Of a DNA stretch of 64,000 bases, positions 25,639 through 40,560 are shown piece by piece. The DNA lies in NCBI GenBank assembly GCA_964035545.1, contig OZ037766.1, forward strand, positions 24,668,126 to 24,732,125, written 5' to 3'. Below the pieces are notes generated by a model. That model was not told the DNA's origin, did no database searches, and saw only the letters and a list, made by a program, of their open reading frames with translations. How positions within the stretch are numbered: the first letter of the stretch is position 1; each line of letters begins with the position of its first letter. Origin of the DNA: Bugula neritina. Lineage: Eukaryota; Animalia; Bryozoa. Made by a program: the position numbers and the translations under genes.

Positions 25639-25754
25639 TGACTCCTAGGTGACCCCTAGAGTCACTTGAGCTCTCTGGCTTGAGTTTACACACATTTTAA
25701 ATATGCTTTAGTAGAAACTTTAGTAGAAACCATGCGAAGGTGTGGGCCATGGTA

Positions 25755-25810
25755 CTCTGTTCTGTGCTGATGAGGGGATAAACCCCGAAACAGCTGCTGT
25801 CCACAGATTG

Positions 25811-25812
<2 letters not shown>
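25755..25812 (+). ncRNA. Type I hammerhead ribozyme, fully canonical core
   Basis: TCTGTG-CTGATGA-GGGG ataaa CCCC-GAAA-CAGCTGCTGTC-CACAGA; stem I extended by CTC/GAG across an internal loop; predicted cleavage after GUC at 25801. Confidence 0.9.
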
Positions 25813-25901
<89 letters not shown>

Positions 25902-26913
25902 TATGCTGGTTAATTATTGAATTTTTATTGGTTTATTGGTCATTTGTTATTCATATAGCTAAACAGTAAGGAAATATTTCTAAAAGTGTAATAATTACTA
26001 GTTTCAAAGTACAAAAATGTTGGTATAATGGTCGATAGAGAGTGAATGAGTGAATGAGTGCTTTCAAATAGAAAACACCTAAAATCAAACGTCCAAGCGT
26101 TGAGCTGAAAAAGTGTTGTGAATCAACTCTATGCTTTTCTCATTAGGCTGCAGGAGTAATTAAGCAATTAAAAGTAACTTCAAAGTTCATCAGCTTCAAA
26201 ACAACTAAGTTGATGCAAAATTGACAGGACCTCACTGATGCAATAACAGCTTAGTTAACTCAAAAATATTATGATACTGTTTTGACTAATAAAATAATGC
26301 CTTACAAACTATTACAAAAAGATAATGTACACCACACATCCTTCTCTTTTCAAAACTATATAACATTCTTCAAAGAGAAAATTTATAAAAAGTGAGAGAT
26401 TTACAAATCAAGGCTCTTAAAATTTATCATTCAAACATTAACAAAAGTTTAGTTTTTATCCCTATATTACACACTTCTCATTATCAAATTTTTCTGTCCC
26501 CTTTTTCTTTACCTCTACAGGTTAAGGGAGAGCATGTTACTAAGAGCCTGTGGTATAGAGTCGAGGTTAAAGCCTGATCTAAAAAATCGGTCTGTTCCCA
26601 GAGCATTCAGGGCAGGTTTGAGGTGTAACCTTCTTAATGTTATGAGCTAACTGATTATAGCTGCTGAACATTTTGAGCCTGTGCGTCTACTATAACTACT
26701 TTGCTTTATATTAGCGAATAAATGGGCCCAATCATTACTTCCTTTTGGATGACGCTTCATATTTTTTTTCTTTTCTTACTAAAATTTTTATGAGATTAAA
26801 ATCAAACAAAAAGCTTTCGCCTCAAATCAGCTCTAAATCTCCACACCGCATAGCATTTTTTGAAGTTGTTGCAAACTTTGAATTCTACTTTCTGCTATCA
26901 TATAGCAATACAC

Positions 26914-26966
26914 TTATTGTGCCCGAGGAATGCTAAAAAAGCATGAAACTAGTAGTAGCACAATAA
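26914..26966 (+). ncRNA. Hammerhead motif with core variant (CCGAGGA), probably impaired
   Basis: TTATTGTGC-CCGAGGA-ATGCT aaaaa AGCAT-GAAA-CTAGTAGTA-GCACAATAA; perfect 9-bp stem I. Confidence 0.7.
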
Positions 26967-27083
26967 AATAAGATCTAATTAAATTTCTCTTTTTCTTGAT
27001 AATATAATTGCTCATTATTGTACATATAATAATTTGAGCACTCTTTTATCTGCTGTCTAACAAACTCGCACTACAGCTAATAC

Positions 27084-27120
<37 letters not shown>

Positions 27121-27712
27121 TAATAATTGTATCATGAGATTTTTAAAAAACAGCGGATAAAAAAGTGCTCAAATTATTATATGTATAATAATGAGCAATT
27201 ATATTATTGAGGAAAAGAGCAATTTAATTATATAGATGTTGTTTTATTGCACTACTAATAGTTTCTTTATTTTATACAAACCTAACATGTGTATTTTAAA
27301 CAAGCGAACGGACTCTTATCAACCTGCCGACACTCAAAAAGTTTTTACTGTGCAACCACAAAACCTAGAAACTCTGTAGCCTATTTATATTTTAAGTACT
27401 ATAGTAAATAATATACAAATACCCATAGAGAATAGTCACCCAACAAAAACTTCATGCATCTGCTATAAATTGTGTTTTTACATTACATTATGGTTTTTTA
27501 TATATTAATTTACACCTGCAAACCTATATAACAATACAGCCACTGCTATGTCTTTGTTACGTTTTACCTTGTGTTTAGCATTTTGATTTTCTTAATGTAA
27601 AAATTTAAATTCGTCAATATTGTGCCTGAGGAGTGCCGAAGAGGCATGAAACTATTAGTAGTGCAATAAAACAACATCTATAATATATAATTAAATTGCT
27701 CTTTTCCTCAAT
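27121..27712 (+). mobile_element. Penelope-like 3' end (same family as 7300-8910) with an inverted partial pLTR at 27121-27265
   Basis: 27262-27712 is the reverse complement of ~7380-7840; 27121-27265 directly matches 7300-7444; flanked by (TA)n. Confidence 0.85.
27618..27668 (+). ncRNA. Type I hammerhead ribozyme (Penelope pLTR)
   Basis: Identical to the 7424-7474 motif, opposite strand. Confidence 0.8.
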
Positions 27713-27746
27713 AATATATATATAAATATATATATATATGTATATG

Positions 27747-27888
<142 letters not shown>

Positions 27889-27913
27889 TAATGAACGATA
27901 AAATTTGATTTAA

Positions 27914-27974
27914 AACACTTTATTACTACTAGTTTCATGTGCATAGAATGTACACAATCTTCAGATAAAATGTT
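27914..27974 (-). ncRNA. Type I hammerhead ribozyme (left arm of 95-bp inverted repeat)
   Basis: Exact reverse complement of 27988-28048. Confidence 0.78.
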
Positions 27975-27987
27975 AACATTACATCTT

Positions 27988-28048
27988 AACATTTTATCTG
28001 AAGATTGTGTACATTCTATGCACATGAAACTAGTAGTAATAAAGTGTT
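27988..28048 (+). ncRNA. Type I hammerhead ribozyme (right arm of 95-bp inverted repeat)
   Basis: AACATTTTAT-CTGAAGA-T TGTGTA cattcta TGCACA T-GAAA-CTAGTAGTA-ATAAAGTGTT. Confidence 0.78.
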
Positions 28049-28130
28049 TTAAATCAAATTTTATCGTTCATTACTTTTATTTACTCTGCTCTGCACTGCA
28101 TTGAGCTCTTTTTAGTGGTAAACTATACAC

Positions 28131-29076
<946 letters not shown>

Positions 29077-29148
29077 ATTAGCTCTGTCACCCGTGATATC
29101 GAGCACTTTACTTTGCTGGAACTCCAACTAGATTGACAATCAGCATAC

Positions 29149-29217
<69 letters not shown>

Positions 29218-29694
29218 TTGTGTCACTTTTACCTAAAATCTAGACTGGTATATACATGGTATTCACATTAGGCTACAAACGACTTTTGCTGCTGCATGTT
29301 TGAGGGCGTGAAATTTACTCTAAGTTATAATAATAATAATATCATAAAAATGATCAAAATAGCTTACTTGTACTTCATGCAAAACATTTAAATTTGTTAT
29401 ATTTTTTCTGTTTGATTAGTAAATAACATCCGCATATAAAGAGCTGTCTTCTATAGCCATGTAACTATTATATTCTATCAGCCTCATGCTTATTATTTTA
29501 AACCAGATTTTCAGCTTGCACTTTCCATTATATAGTTTGATGTTTATTAGCTAGTTTTAACTGTGAACAACAATGATGTCACCCTGAATCAGTTTCCTAT
29601 TGGGTTTACTTTAACTTAGAATACCAGGATCTACTGAGAATATATAAGATCTGGCTTCAAGCCATGAGCAGTTCTTCAAATCAAAGATCTGAAC

Positions 29695-29726
29695 TATATA
29701 TAAAGCAGAAGGTTAATCATTTCAGT
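29695..29726 (+). promoter_or_regulatory. Putative TATA box/Inr of paralog 3
   Basis: TATATATAAAG at 29695-29705 and TCAGT at 29722-29726, at canonical spacing. Confidence 0.5.
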
Positions 29727-29747
29727 AAAGTTTCATCTATCTCCATC

Positions 29748-32700
29748 ATGACGAGCTTTGCACATCTGCTTTCTTCGGTGAGTGTGCCATACAATACAGA
29801 ACTGTTTATTATTTAGATGAGTATCTATCAAAGTAAGGTTAAGTTTTTCCACAATTGCTTAAAATATATATAGGCTCATAAATGCTAGCAATTTAATCTC
29901 GATGTTAGGCTATGGTGAATAATGGAACTGAATATGCTTGAATAAAACTAAAATGGGACATATACCTATAGCCCTGTTGAGCCTAATGGCTTCTATTTTC
30001 AATAAAATTAGTTATTTTCTGCTTTCTATGTTGAAAACCACATCTGTTCAGTTTTAATCATAATAATTATTGTTTTTGCTATCAAATTGATAACAACTAA
30101 AAGTAATTTACCATTATTTTTTGGAGAAATACTACCATCAACAGCAAAGAAAGCCTGTTACTTGTTTTTGGATGCAGTATTTAACTAAATGCATGCTAAG
30201 TGTTTCATTTGTAATGATATGTCATTAAAAATGCACCATGTATGCATGCTGCAGGAAATAGCACTCGTCTAAAAAGAAAGTTGTAGCATGGCATTTACAC
30301 TTCACCAAAAATATTATGCATTATAACTAAATAATACAGAGTTGAAAACATAGTTTTTGATTATTTTATAATGAATAAAATCAAAGACTTTTTTAAATAA
30401 AGAGGTATACATGCAAAGCAGCTTCATTTAGACTTTTTACAGTAGCAGCCTTATATATGCGGACTCAATAAACTAGTTTTACTGTTAATTACATTTTAAA
30501 ACTTGAGCTTCGATCTTCTATTTTATGCATGAGACTAGCCAATGATTTTCAATTCTTATCTGAAATTCAAAATGTTTTGATTCGTTTAACACATCACACA
30601 ATAAAAAACACTATTTTTGAAAAATTAAGTTTGTATTTAATTAAGTTGATATAAAGCAATTTATTCATATAGCACAAGAAAATTTTGTTAAAAGATATTT
30701 TGTTAAAAACTTATAGGCAATTCTCAATTTTGCGTATTATAAAGATGTTATAAAGCTACTTTTTCTAATATTTTATCCAGACTTTCAGTTAGATCCTTAT
30801 TGTTCGCCTTGGATGTCATGCTTTTGTTTTAGAAATAATAATTTGAAGGGAGGATGTATTTCATAGATAAGTATAGGCCTTTCTCTCTATCACCTATAGT
30901 CAATCAATTGTTTCGAAACGGTTCTTTGAATCTTTTTGATGTAGTTTTTTATCCCAATTATTTAAGAATATTCATGAATATTTTTTGCACAGTGTTCAGA
31001 GAATAATTATAAAGAATAGTACTGATCAAAGCTGCTACTTGTTTTTCCTCCTAGTACTACAACACTAATAGTTGACTTAAGTAATAGCACATTAATAATC
31101 GACTTAACAAGCACTAGCACACTAGTATAGTTGACTTAACAAGTTAGGACCAGCCATTATGTAGTTTGTTAAAGTGATATACCTGTATGAAGGAAAACAT
31201 TCTTTCAATATGGTTCAACAGTTTTACCAGATAGAAAAATTTGTCAAAGAATTAATGCTGCCTACTGCTTATAATCATGTTTATTTAAAAATGTAGGTTC
31301 ACAAATTTAGTCAGTTCTTAGAATAACTAAAATAACATGTATATAAGCAGCTAATTATTATTAGCAAACTTCTAGTCTATAACTATACTGGGTTATAGAT
31401 TAGACTATTATTATATTATTTCAAAATTTAAGCTGTTTTTCACTCTAACTCATCTGTTTAGCATATATATATTTGTATAACTTCTCATAAAGCCTGAGAA
31501 GTTTGCTGACAATTATTTATTTCATGCTAACTACATGATTACCTTTAGTAACCAACTTGCAGATAATTAGGTCTGAGTCTAATTCTACTGTAAACATATG
31601 ACCATTATTACTTTTAGCTAACATTTCTATTTGTGTTTCAGTTGATCTTGATGCTTGCCTGTTTAACAACTTCAGTTGCTCCAACAAGTGCTGACAACTC
31701 TAACATTGTTCGGTAAGTAAATTATGAATCACACATAACATAGCCATTTATAGTTAAATAATACAATGCAGAATAATTATATATATAGCAAATTTTAGTG
31801 CTCTGAATAAATTCTGCTTAACTTCATAATATCTTTTCCTATTTTGATTGAAGAGTTATCAATGTTTATCATAAATCTGCTCTCATGCATTATTGTAAAT
31901 GTAATTAATTTTAAAAGCAGTCATGCAATTGCTAGCTTTCATTTTATGGCTGTATATACTCTATCACCTATTCAGTAAAATGACTAACACTGTATCTTTT
32001 ATATAAGTACAAGTTACAATGGTTTTAACTAAATACTCTGTATGTACAGTAATAAAATTTTTATGGCAATTTTTTGGTTACTGTTTGATAAAACTGTGAA
32101 TTTACATCTTGCAAATACACTAAAAACGTACTAAAAATAATACATAGATTTATTAAAATAAGTTTGTGTGCAACTGACAAGTTGATGCATTTATAAAACT
32201 TGCCAGAGACCATTCAACATTGCAAAACGCTAAAATCCAAATTTTTTATAGATAAGATAAGATTAGAATTTATATAAAGCAAACTGTATAACCTTTTATT
32301 AAAATTGACATAATTGAGTTATAGAGAGGATTTCTTTAGTACAGTGATGCTCAACCTGCGGCCTTTTGATTTTTGGCGGCCTTTTGGGCTGGTAAATGTG
32401 GCCTTTTGGCCTCTTGTTAAAAATAAAAATTTTGTTCAGTTTCAATCCTTGTTGAATTTTGCTTTTTAATAAGGTAGTCAAGATTGCTATCAATCTGGAA
32501 TTCCTAAGTTTACTATTATATGAATCATGACTGACAAACTTGAAAAATCTGGATGAAGGTGATGACAAATGGAATCCCCATTTTTTTATCATTATGCTTG
32601 ATTGATCATTAGCTGACTATTAGCATTAGTCAATTAGCAACCAAACTGTCAGCATGAGCAAACGAGCGAGAACTGTAGAGCAGGAGAACAGGCAGTTCAA

Positions 32701-35700
32701 TGATGCTTGGACAGAAGAATTCCTGATGGTACCTCGGCCTGCAGGTGGGATGCTTTGCCTTGAATGCAACACCACAGTAAAAACTATGAAACGATCGAAT
32801 GCCAAGTCTCACTATGAGATGAAACATGGCCAAACTTATAATCAAATGAATCCAGAGTTTAGGAAAGAAAGAGTGGCCTCTTTGATAATTAGTCGTCAGA
32901 GACAACAATCAATGATGAGAGGGCCGACAGATGACAACAAGAAAGCACTGCTAGTTGGTTCAAAGATAACGTACTTCATTAACAAAAAAGGCAAGTTTTG
33001 TAAGCTAAGTTTTAATTTTTGGGTTTACATGCATTTCATTACAGTATATTTCTCAGCAAATTCAATTCTAATTCAAACCATGTGTAGTGTTGAGTTTACC
33101 CAGTGGTCCCGGTGGTGTAATGGTTAGCACACTGGCTTGCAAGCCAGAGGTCTCGGGTTTGATTCCCAGAAGGGGGCAATTATTTTTCACCATGTATCTA
33201 AGTTTATACTTATAAGACTCATTCTCTATTTCCCAGGTAAACCGTTCATGGATGGTCAAATTATCAAGGAATGCATTGAAATTGCAGCTGACACTATGTG
33301 TGATAATGAGCAAGCTAAGCAGGTTTTTCAGAAAATCTCCCTGTCTCCACCTACAATGACACATCGAACTGACCAGTTGAGTGTAAATATCCAGGCTCAG
33401 TTGGCAGACAGGATGAAGGAATTTTTAGCTTACTCCATAGCACTTGATGAGTCAACTGATAAAGTGGACACAGCACAGCTGTCAATATTTATTAGAGACG
33501 TAGACAAGAATCTCATTGTCACTGAGGATCTCTTAGCTTTACGAAGCATGAAGAGCACCACTACGGGTAAAGATGTTTACAATGAAGTCATGGCCACCAT
33601 AGAGACTAAAAATTTGGCTTTCGACAAACTCAGTGCTATTGTAACAGATGGGGCACCATCTATGAATGGTGTGAGGAATGGCTTCACCACCTTGCTACTT
33701 AACAAAATAAGAGAGGAGAAAATCAATCCTCTGCCTTTTGCATTTCATTGCATTATTCATCAGGAGAATCTTGCAGCTAAGACTCTCAGGATGGACAACG
33801 TTCTTCAGGTTGTGAAAGAAACTGTAAACTACATCAGATCAAAAGGTCTGAAACATCGACAATTTCGACAATTTCTTGATGAATTACAAGCAGAGTATGA
33901 AGATATTCCGTACTTTGCAGAGGTGCGGTGGTTGTCAAAGGGAAAAATGATAGGAAGAGCATACAAGCTTCAAACAGAGATTCTTAACTTTTGTGAAAGT
34001 CATGGTAGAGAGCTACCTGAGTTCAGAGATTCAGAATTTTTGAATGACTTTGCATTCCTTGTTGACATACTTACTCATCTCAATGACCTAGATACAAAAC
34101 TGCAAGGCAAGGACAAGCTAATATCTGTCATGTATCACTATGTGGGTGGATTTGACGGAATGTTGGAGCTTTGGATAAAGGAGTTTGATAAATATTACGT
34201 TGACCGAGAGAGCTTTCCAACACTGGCAGGACGTCCTGGACTTGAAGAGGATTTTGTACTTATTAATCGTTATAAAACTATTTTATCAGAACTGAAAGGC
34301 GAGTTTGAGAATAGATTCATGGACTTCAAAAATATCAAGGACGATATCTCTGCTTTTTTAGCAATACTCCAAGTCAACGTACCTCGTCACTTGCAAATTG
34401 AGGTCATTCAACTGCAAAATGATCTGGTTTATGTTCTTCTCTTTGCACCCGACCAAGACCTGCTCAAAGCATACCAAAGCCTACCTCCAACCTACTACCC
34501 AAGGATCAGGAGTTTTGCTGCCAGATTTCTCAGCATGTTTGCTAGCACATATCGATGTGAGCAGCTATTCTCTCGAATGGGGTATGCTAAAAGCAAATTT
34601 AGATCGAGGCTAACGGACTCCCATCTGGCTGATCTCCTTCACATATCGGCATCGAAGATTGAGCCAGATTATCAAAACATACTAAGCTCTGTTCAGTACC
34701 AGCCTTCTCATTAATGTACAAAAATATGCTTACTGTCCTGAACAAATCAGGTTATTTTCCTGGATTTATTTTTCATAACAAATAAATGCATCTCAAATGC
34801 GAAAATAGTCTCTCATTAATAATATGTGGGGGGGGGGGTTTGAAAGTGGAATTGACACTAAACTTTCTAGTGGCCTTTTTGGTGGCTGCAAATTTTTTTA
34901 CGGCCTTTTCCCAAAAAAGGTTGAGCACCCATGCTTTAGTATATAGTAACTGTAAATATATTATTTTTTGCTTGAACTTTTTGCACTGCCTGATTTTCAA
35001 TAGGCAAAACTAAATTTTAGTTATCTTTATTTTAAAATCTGTACATCATTGAAAATGTAACTATATGATAGGATGTTTTATCACTAAACGGGTACAAATT
35101 TATTGGCTAAAATTACAAAAGATATGTTCACGTACTAAAAGAGCTTGCAATCGGTGTTTCATTAAAAATAGTAGGCTAACAATACAAGCTGCTGGTAAAA
35201 GTTAAATGTCAATTAAAAGTAAAGGCGTTTATAGCTGTGGAAAACCTAGATATAGTAACAGCAGTTCACATACATTGGTATATGTTAGTTGTTATATATG
35301 ATGTATTTTGATTTGCTTGAATAAGTATACATTGATTTTTAGTCTCCTAAATTTTGCAAATTTCATGTGTATAGATAGCTTAATTTTTCACAAGTAAAAT
35401 GGAGTGTTTTGTGAGCCATGCTGAAATCATAATGACTTCATTTGAAGAATAATTTTGAATTTATCAAGCATTTTGCAAATTATTATTTCAATTTTGTGCA
35501 CAAATAAAAATTCTCTGGCAACAAACTTCAAGCTGCAAAGGCAAGCTACAGATGAAAGCTGTATAAGCACTACAAAGAGTTATATTTTGTAGACTAAACA
35601 GCTACAGGAAAGCTGAGGTGTACAGTAGAACTTCATCAAGTGTTTACCACATAGAAAAAGATGAGTACATACCTGGGAACATACTCTTCACAGACAGTTG

Positions 35701-38597
35701 TGCCCTGAGGACAACAAATGGTATCTCTGTCTCCACCATAGCTGGATCACCAACAACTAGTGGGTATAGTAATAGTTCAGGAACAAGTGGACGATTCAGC
35801 TATCTACATGGATTTTACCAGAAAAACAGAACTCATGTCATAGTGGCAGATTATGGTAATGCATGTCTTAGAATGGTTGACAGAACCAATGGTAATATTT
35901 CACAGTTTGCTGGAACCTGCCAATCAGCCGGACATAGAGATGGGAGAGTTGGTTACGCATATGTCAATAACCCACATCAGATTTTGTTAGATAAAACTAG
36001 TCCAACCACGCTTATTCTTTCTCAAGATAGACAATCATCATCATATGCCTATCTTAGATCAATTGATATCAATACTGGTACTGCTGGAGTTTTAGTGTCA
36101 TCTGGTTTAAATCAGCCTAAGGGTATGGTGTGGGATGAGAATGAAGACATACTTTATGTGGCAAACATATTTTACATTGCTAAGGTAATATGGAGCACCA
36201 AAACTGTCGAAACTCTAGTAGGTTCAACATCTTCTGGTAACATTGTTGGAAGTTTTAGCCAGTCACGACTCTACACTCTTAACCACATTACATTACTAAA
36301 TAAAGAAGTAATGATAATTAATGAAAGAGGTCGAAATAAACTCAAAGCAATCAATATAGCATCTCAAATTTCTATGAATGTAGATATTTCTAGATTTAGT
36401 CCGGGCATCTATTCTGTTGCCCAGATCGATGGCAGCACTTATGTTGGAACCCATGCAAGAATCTACAAACTAAGTGGTGAGTCAATAGCAATACAATAAC
36501 TGTTGAAGCACACTCACTATAGCTGCAGCCAGTGCCCTCAGGTCAATTAAAAGGCTTACTTGCCCTGTGTAAACCACATCTATATGTATGTATGTATGTA
36601 TGTAGTATTATGTCCTATAGTTTATAGGTGAAAGTGAAGATTATTTTCTATATAATTAGCACTCTACTGCTATAGAAAATACTGGATTTTTACAGCTTAA
36701 ACAAAACATTAATGCTCTTTGTTTCTGTGTGATTCTACTCGTTGAATATTTCAATCTGCATGAACTGTTGCCAAAACCTTTACTGACATTATAGCTCTAG
36801 TTATGATTGAATTGCATAACACTATTATAATAGATGTTTTCTATTTTAGAAATGGATACACAATGTTCTGTGGATGCCTCCTACTTCTCAGGTGAAACTG
36901 AAGTGAAGTTTGATTTGAATATGAAATATTGCACGAGTTACCTTGTTAACATTATTAGTAAGTAATGCCAGATAGATTGGTAGCATTCTATCTACTAATA
37001 CATCTGTGTTAATACTTATCATGCTGTTTGCATTAGAATCAAAAAAATTTACCATGAGGATATTATATTTATGAGGTTCAAGCTCTATTTCTGCTACTGT
37101 AGATGATTTCTATAACAATTCAAACAACATTGTATGCTAGTTTTAGTTTAAAATACTACACCACTCAACAAAATTTTGACCCTTCACATGTTCATTTTTA
37201 AGTTTTCTATTAGTTAATCGATTCTCTTTCTTTAATGTTTGTCTTTTTTTGTTTCTTTCATATGCAGTCCTGTTTTGTAGAGAGTACTATAGAAAGAAGA
37301 GTTGCTCTAAAAGCAGAGTACTCTGTTTCCTGTGACCAGCTAATGCTTCAGGGAATGTTTGGGAGAGCTTTATTAGAACCTGTTCTTAAACTTAAGATGA
37401 CTGAGCTTCAAGATATCTGTGGAAATGGTAGTTAATATTTCTTTTTAGCAAAATATACGAAGAATATAGTTGGCCTATAGAACAATTAATTACAGTCAAT
37501 TAGACAGTTGTATATTGTAAAATAATTATTGAATAACTTAATAAAACTTTTAGGTTGACAAAATTGAGCTTGAAGTTGCTTTCCTCTTTGTATGCACAGG
37601 TTGTAACATGGCATTTAACATGACTCCCAGTTACTCCTGTTCTAATAATACACTGGAATTAAGATGGCCGACAGATCTTGTGTACACTGGGGATGTTAAA
37701 GAAATACCAACTAAAGTAGAGGAGATGTTGAGTAATTCCTTAAAAACTGTTAAAAGAGACAAAGCTCAGATTTTGACTCTCAACAGAGATCCTGAGTAAG
37801 TGGACGTTGTATTCCCATATAATTTGTGCTCTTTATTCTGCAAATGAAAAAGTAAATCATTTTATGAAAATGTGTTTATAAAAGGTTTTATTTACAACCA
37901 AGATTGTTTGAATTTATAAGAATAATTTGAAAAAGCCACTTAAAACTCGCAGCAATTCAGAATTTATATGCTTTAATTAGTATTTTGCTTACAGCTTTAT
38001 TTTATTAGATTTCATCAGTTAAAAATAAATTATGTTGTGTGTTCTTTGGTTTTTTATTCATTTTTAATTTCCATATTTGCAAAAGTATGCATTTTTATGC
38101 TGAAATTATCCACTCTTGGTATACAGTTATACTAAGCTAGCTGCATGATTACGTTTACACCTATAGCAACAAATTAGTTGTTAATATTATAACATGCAGC
38201 AGTATATAGTTGGCCATGCTATAGACTCTGCTCTAAAGTATTTTATATTTTAGCTGAGCTTTTATAAGTTCCAAACTTTATTTTGTTGACAATAATTTAA
38301 TACCATAATTCTTGAACAACAAAACAACAACTAAAGGATCTATTATATACATAGGGAGAAAACAGTTTTCAAGAACGAAGATCATAATGACTAATGACTA
38401 AAAATTAACCTGTGTATAATTATGCAGCCATTGCTTAGCAAGTTTATAAAAGACTAAACAATTTAGATTATTATATTTTATATAGTTTCCTGTTGCCCCG
38501 AGTTCAAGACAATGGAGAAAGCATACAAGTTGTGTTAGAGACTAAATGTACTGAAGATGGAAAGGTTTACCAGGAAAATACAGAAACATGTGTTTAA
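29748..38597 (+). CDS. Secreted NHL-repeat beta-propeller protein, paralog 3 (exons 29748-29777, 31642-31712, 35593-36476, 36850-36957, 37281-37427, 37600-37795, 38486-38597; 515 aa)
   Basis: Exon 1 MTSFAHLLSS is homologous to paralogs 1/2; exon 2 LILMLACLTTSVAPTSADNSNIV; GT-AG introns and phases conserved; a hAT transposon lies in intron 2. Confidence 0.85.
32654..34714 (+). CDS. hAT transposase (SPIN/GTF2IRD2-like), 2 exons 32654-32990 + 33237-34714, 604 aa
   Basis: N-terminal CLEC...HYEMKH zinc finger; LDESTD, VTDGA, HCIIH, RWLS and STYRCEQLFS motifs (DDE triad present). A GC-AG intron at 32991-33236 joins NKKG|KPFMDG in frame. Confidence 0.9.
33105..33177 (+). other. tRNA-like (tRNA-Gln-like 5' half) sequence inside the transposase intron
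   Basis: GGTCCCGGTGGTGTAATGGTTAGCACACTGG...GGGTTTGATTCCC; acceptor stem and anticodon loop are non-canonical. Confidence 0.65.
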
Positions 38598-39310
38598 TTG
38601 ATTTTCAGAGCAACACAATCAAATAAGTAATTAAAAGTCATTTCAAGAAAACTGTATTTTCTTCAAGCAGTTATCTTTGCTGAATATATCAGTACAAAAG
38701 ACTGTTTATTCTAAAATTAGGTTTTATTATATTAGCTTATTATTATGCTTTGTTTATTTTTCAAAATATATTTTAGATCAGAATGTGCAAGACTTGCCTC
38801 ATATATTATGATGGTTTCTATTACTTTACATTTAATTATTGCTATAAAGCTTAACTTGTCTTCAGCTTATATATACAACCAATAAGGATTAGGAATTCTA
38901 ATTGGCAGCTGCATATCAGCGTGAGAGCTTGAAAGTTTTGCCTTGGATTTTGTTTGCCTCCCATCATTTCTTCTTGGATAAATAAAAGCATGAAAGACTA
39001 AATGACTGCATTAATTCAATGCATGAAATGCTCATTATACTATATACTAGTTGTATACATCTATATATAATAATTAGTTTAAACTAGATATAGTACTTAT
39101 TTTATGTTTTGCTTAGCATATGCCACAAAGCTTTCTGCATATAATATATATCTCTTATTATTATGTACATAAATTTTACATCTTATTACTATAATATACA
39201 GCTGCATGATATAGTTGAAAATTTGATGGCCTATATACTCCCAGATATTGAATAAGAAGCACGATCAGAGCACAATTGAGTAATTACTGCAAACAATTTA
39301 TAAAGGTGTC

Positions 39311-39518
39311 AGGTAAAAGATGGCACAGGTAATAACCGCGAAAAAAATAACAAAGTAAGTAAAATTATTGGCACATTTTCAATATTAAGGTTTGGGGTGG
39401 GGTTTGCGGTTTGGAATGGGGAAGGTGTAGATTTGAGGTTTGGGGTTGAGGTTAAAGAGTTGGGGGATTGAGTTTGGGGTTTGGGAATTTTTAACAGCAT
39501 GGTGTGCCATCTTTACCT
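39311..39518. mobile_element. Small MITE-like element with G-rich interior
   Basis: Inverted ends AGGTAAAAGATGGCACA / TGTGCCATCTTTACCT around degenerate (GGGGTT)-like repeats. Confidence 0.6.
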
Positions 39519-40123
39519 ACTTTTCAATTTATGCTATTATTATACCTGTGCTATTATTAGTACTTAAAATCACTATTTAAACACTAGCAAAGTAATTGTA
39601 ACTTGCTTTTGAAAATCTACTATTTAAATATATAACTCTATAGTCATCTCATGCCTATATGTATAATTATAGTTAGCCTTAGCCAGTAACCCAAACCACA
39701 TTTGCTAGCTGTGTATTATTTGCCAAAAAGCTTCATCAGGTGACAACTCCAAAGTACGTAATTAGATGCATGTGACTCAATAAATTAAAAGCTATCAGTT
39801 CCAATTAATTTAGAAATGATGCTAATATTATTAGTGACAATTTATAGGCAATCTTGCTATTTAAAAACAAAGTTATCACTAGTTGGTAGTAATAGAATAG
39901 GATTGAATAAATTTGTGATAAGTTGATTCCATATATTCAAAGCAAATAATAAGTTGACAGGAACAAAATAATAATAATAATATAGCTGCAAATATTAAGA
40001 GCTAGAGCAAGTTTTATAAACCGGATTCTTTGCAGGTATGAAGTAGCAAAAATATGTTTAGCAACAAAGCAACATTTTTATGTAATTTTAATGAGAATGA
40101 ACTGCAGCATAATAAATAGTTTA

Positions 40124-40560
<437 letters not shown>

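Larger units (their letters stand above)
32342..34933 (+). mobile_element. hAT DNA transposon, Buster/SPIN (Charlie-like) group, full length 2592 bp
   Basis: 8-bp TSD CTTTAGTA at 32334-32341 and 34934-34941 (central TA, typical of Buster); imperfect 16-bp TIRs CAGTGATGCTCAACCT / AGGTTGAGCACCCATG (13/16); subterminal GGCCTTTT repeats; transposase inside. Confidence 0.95.

Noticed and set aside
27245-27265. A ninth hammerhead
   Set aside because: Only the 3' half (GAAA-stem III-stem I) is present; it is cut at the inversion junction.
33105-33177. Functional tRNA gene (also 350-432, 13660-13733, 12795-12868)
   Set aside because: Acceptor stems and anticodon arms are non-canonical; these are tRNA-derived repeat heads.
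33137-33236. N-terminal part of the 525-aa ORF as the transposase start
   Set aside because: It lies in the predicted intron and overlaps the tRNA-like sequence; the real N-terminus is the zinc-finger exon at 32654.
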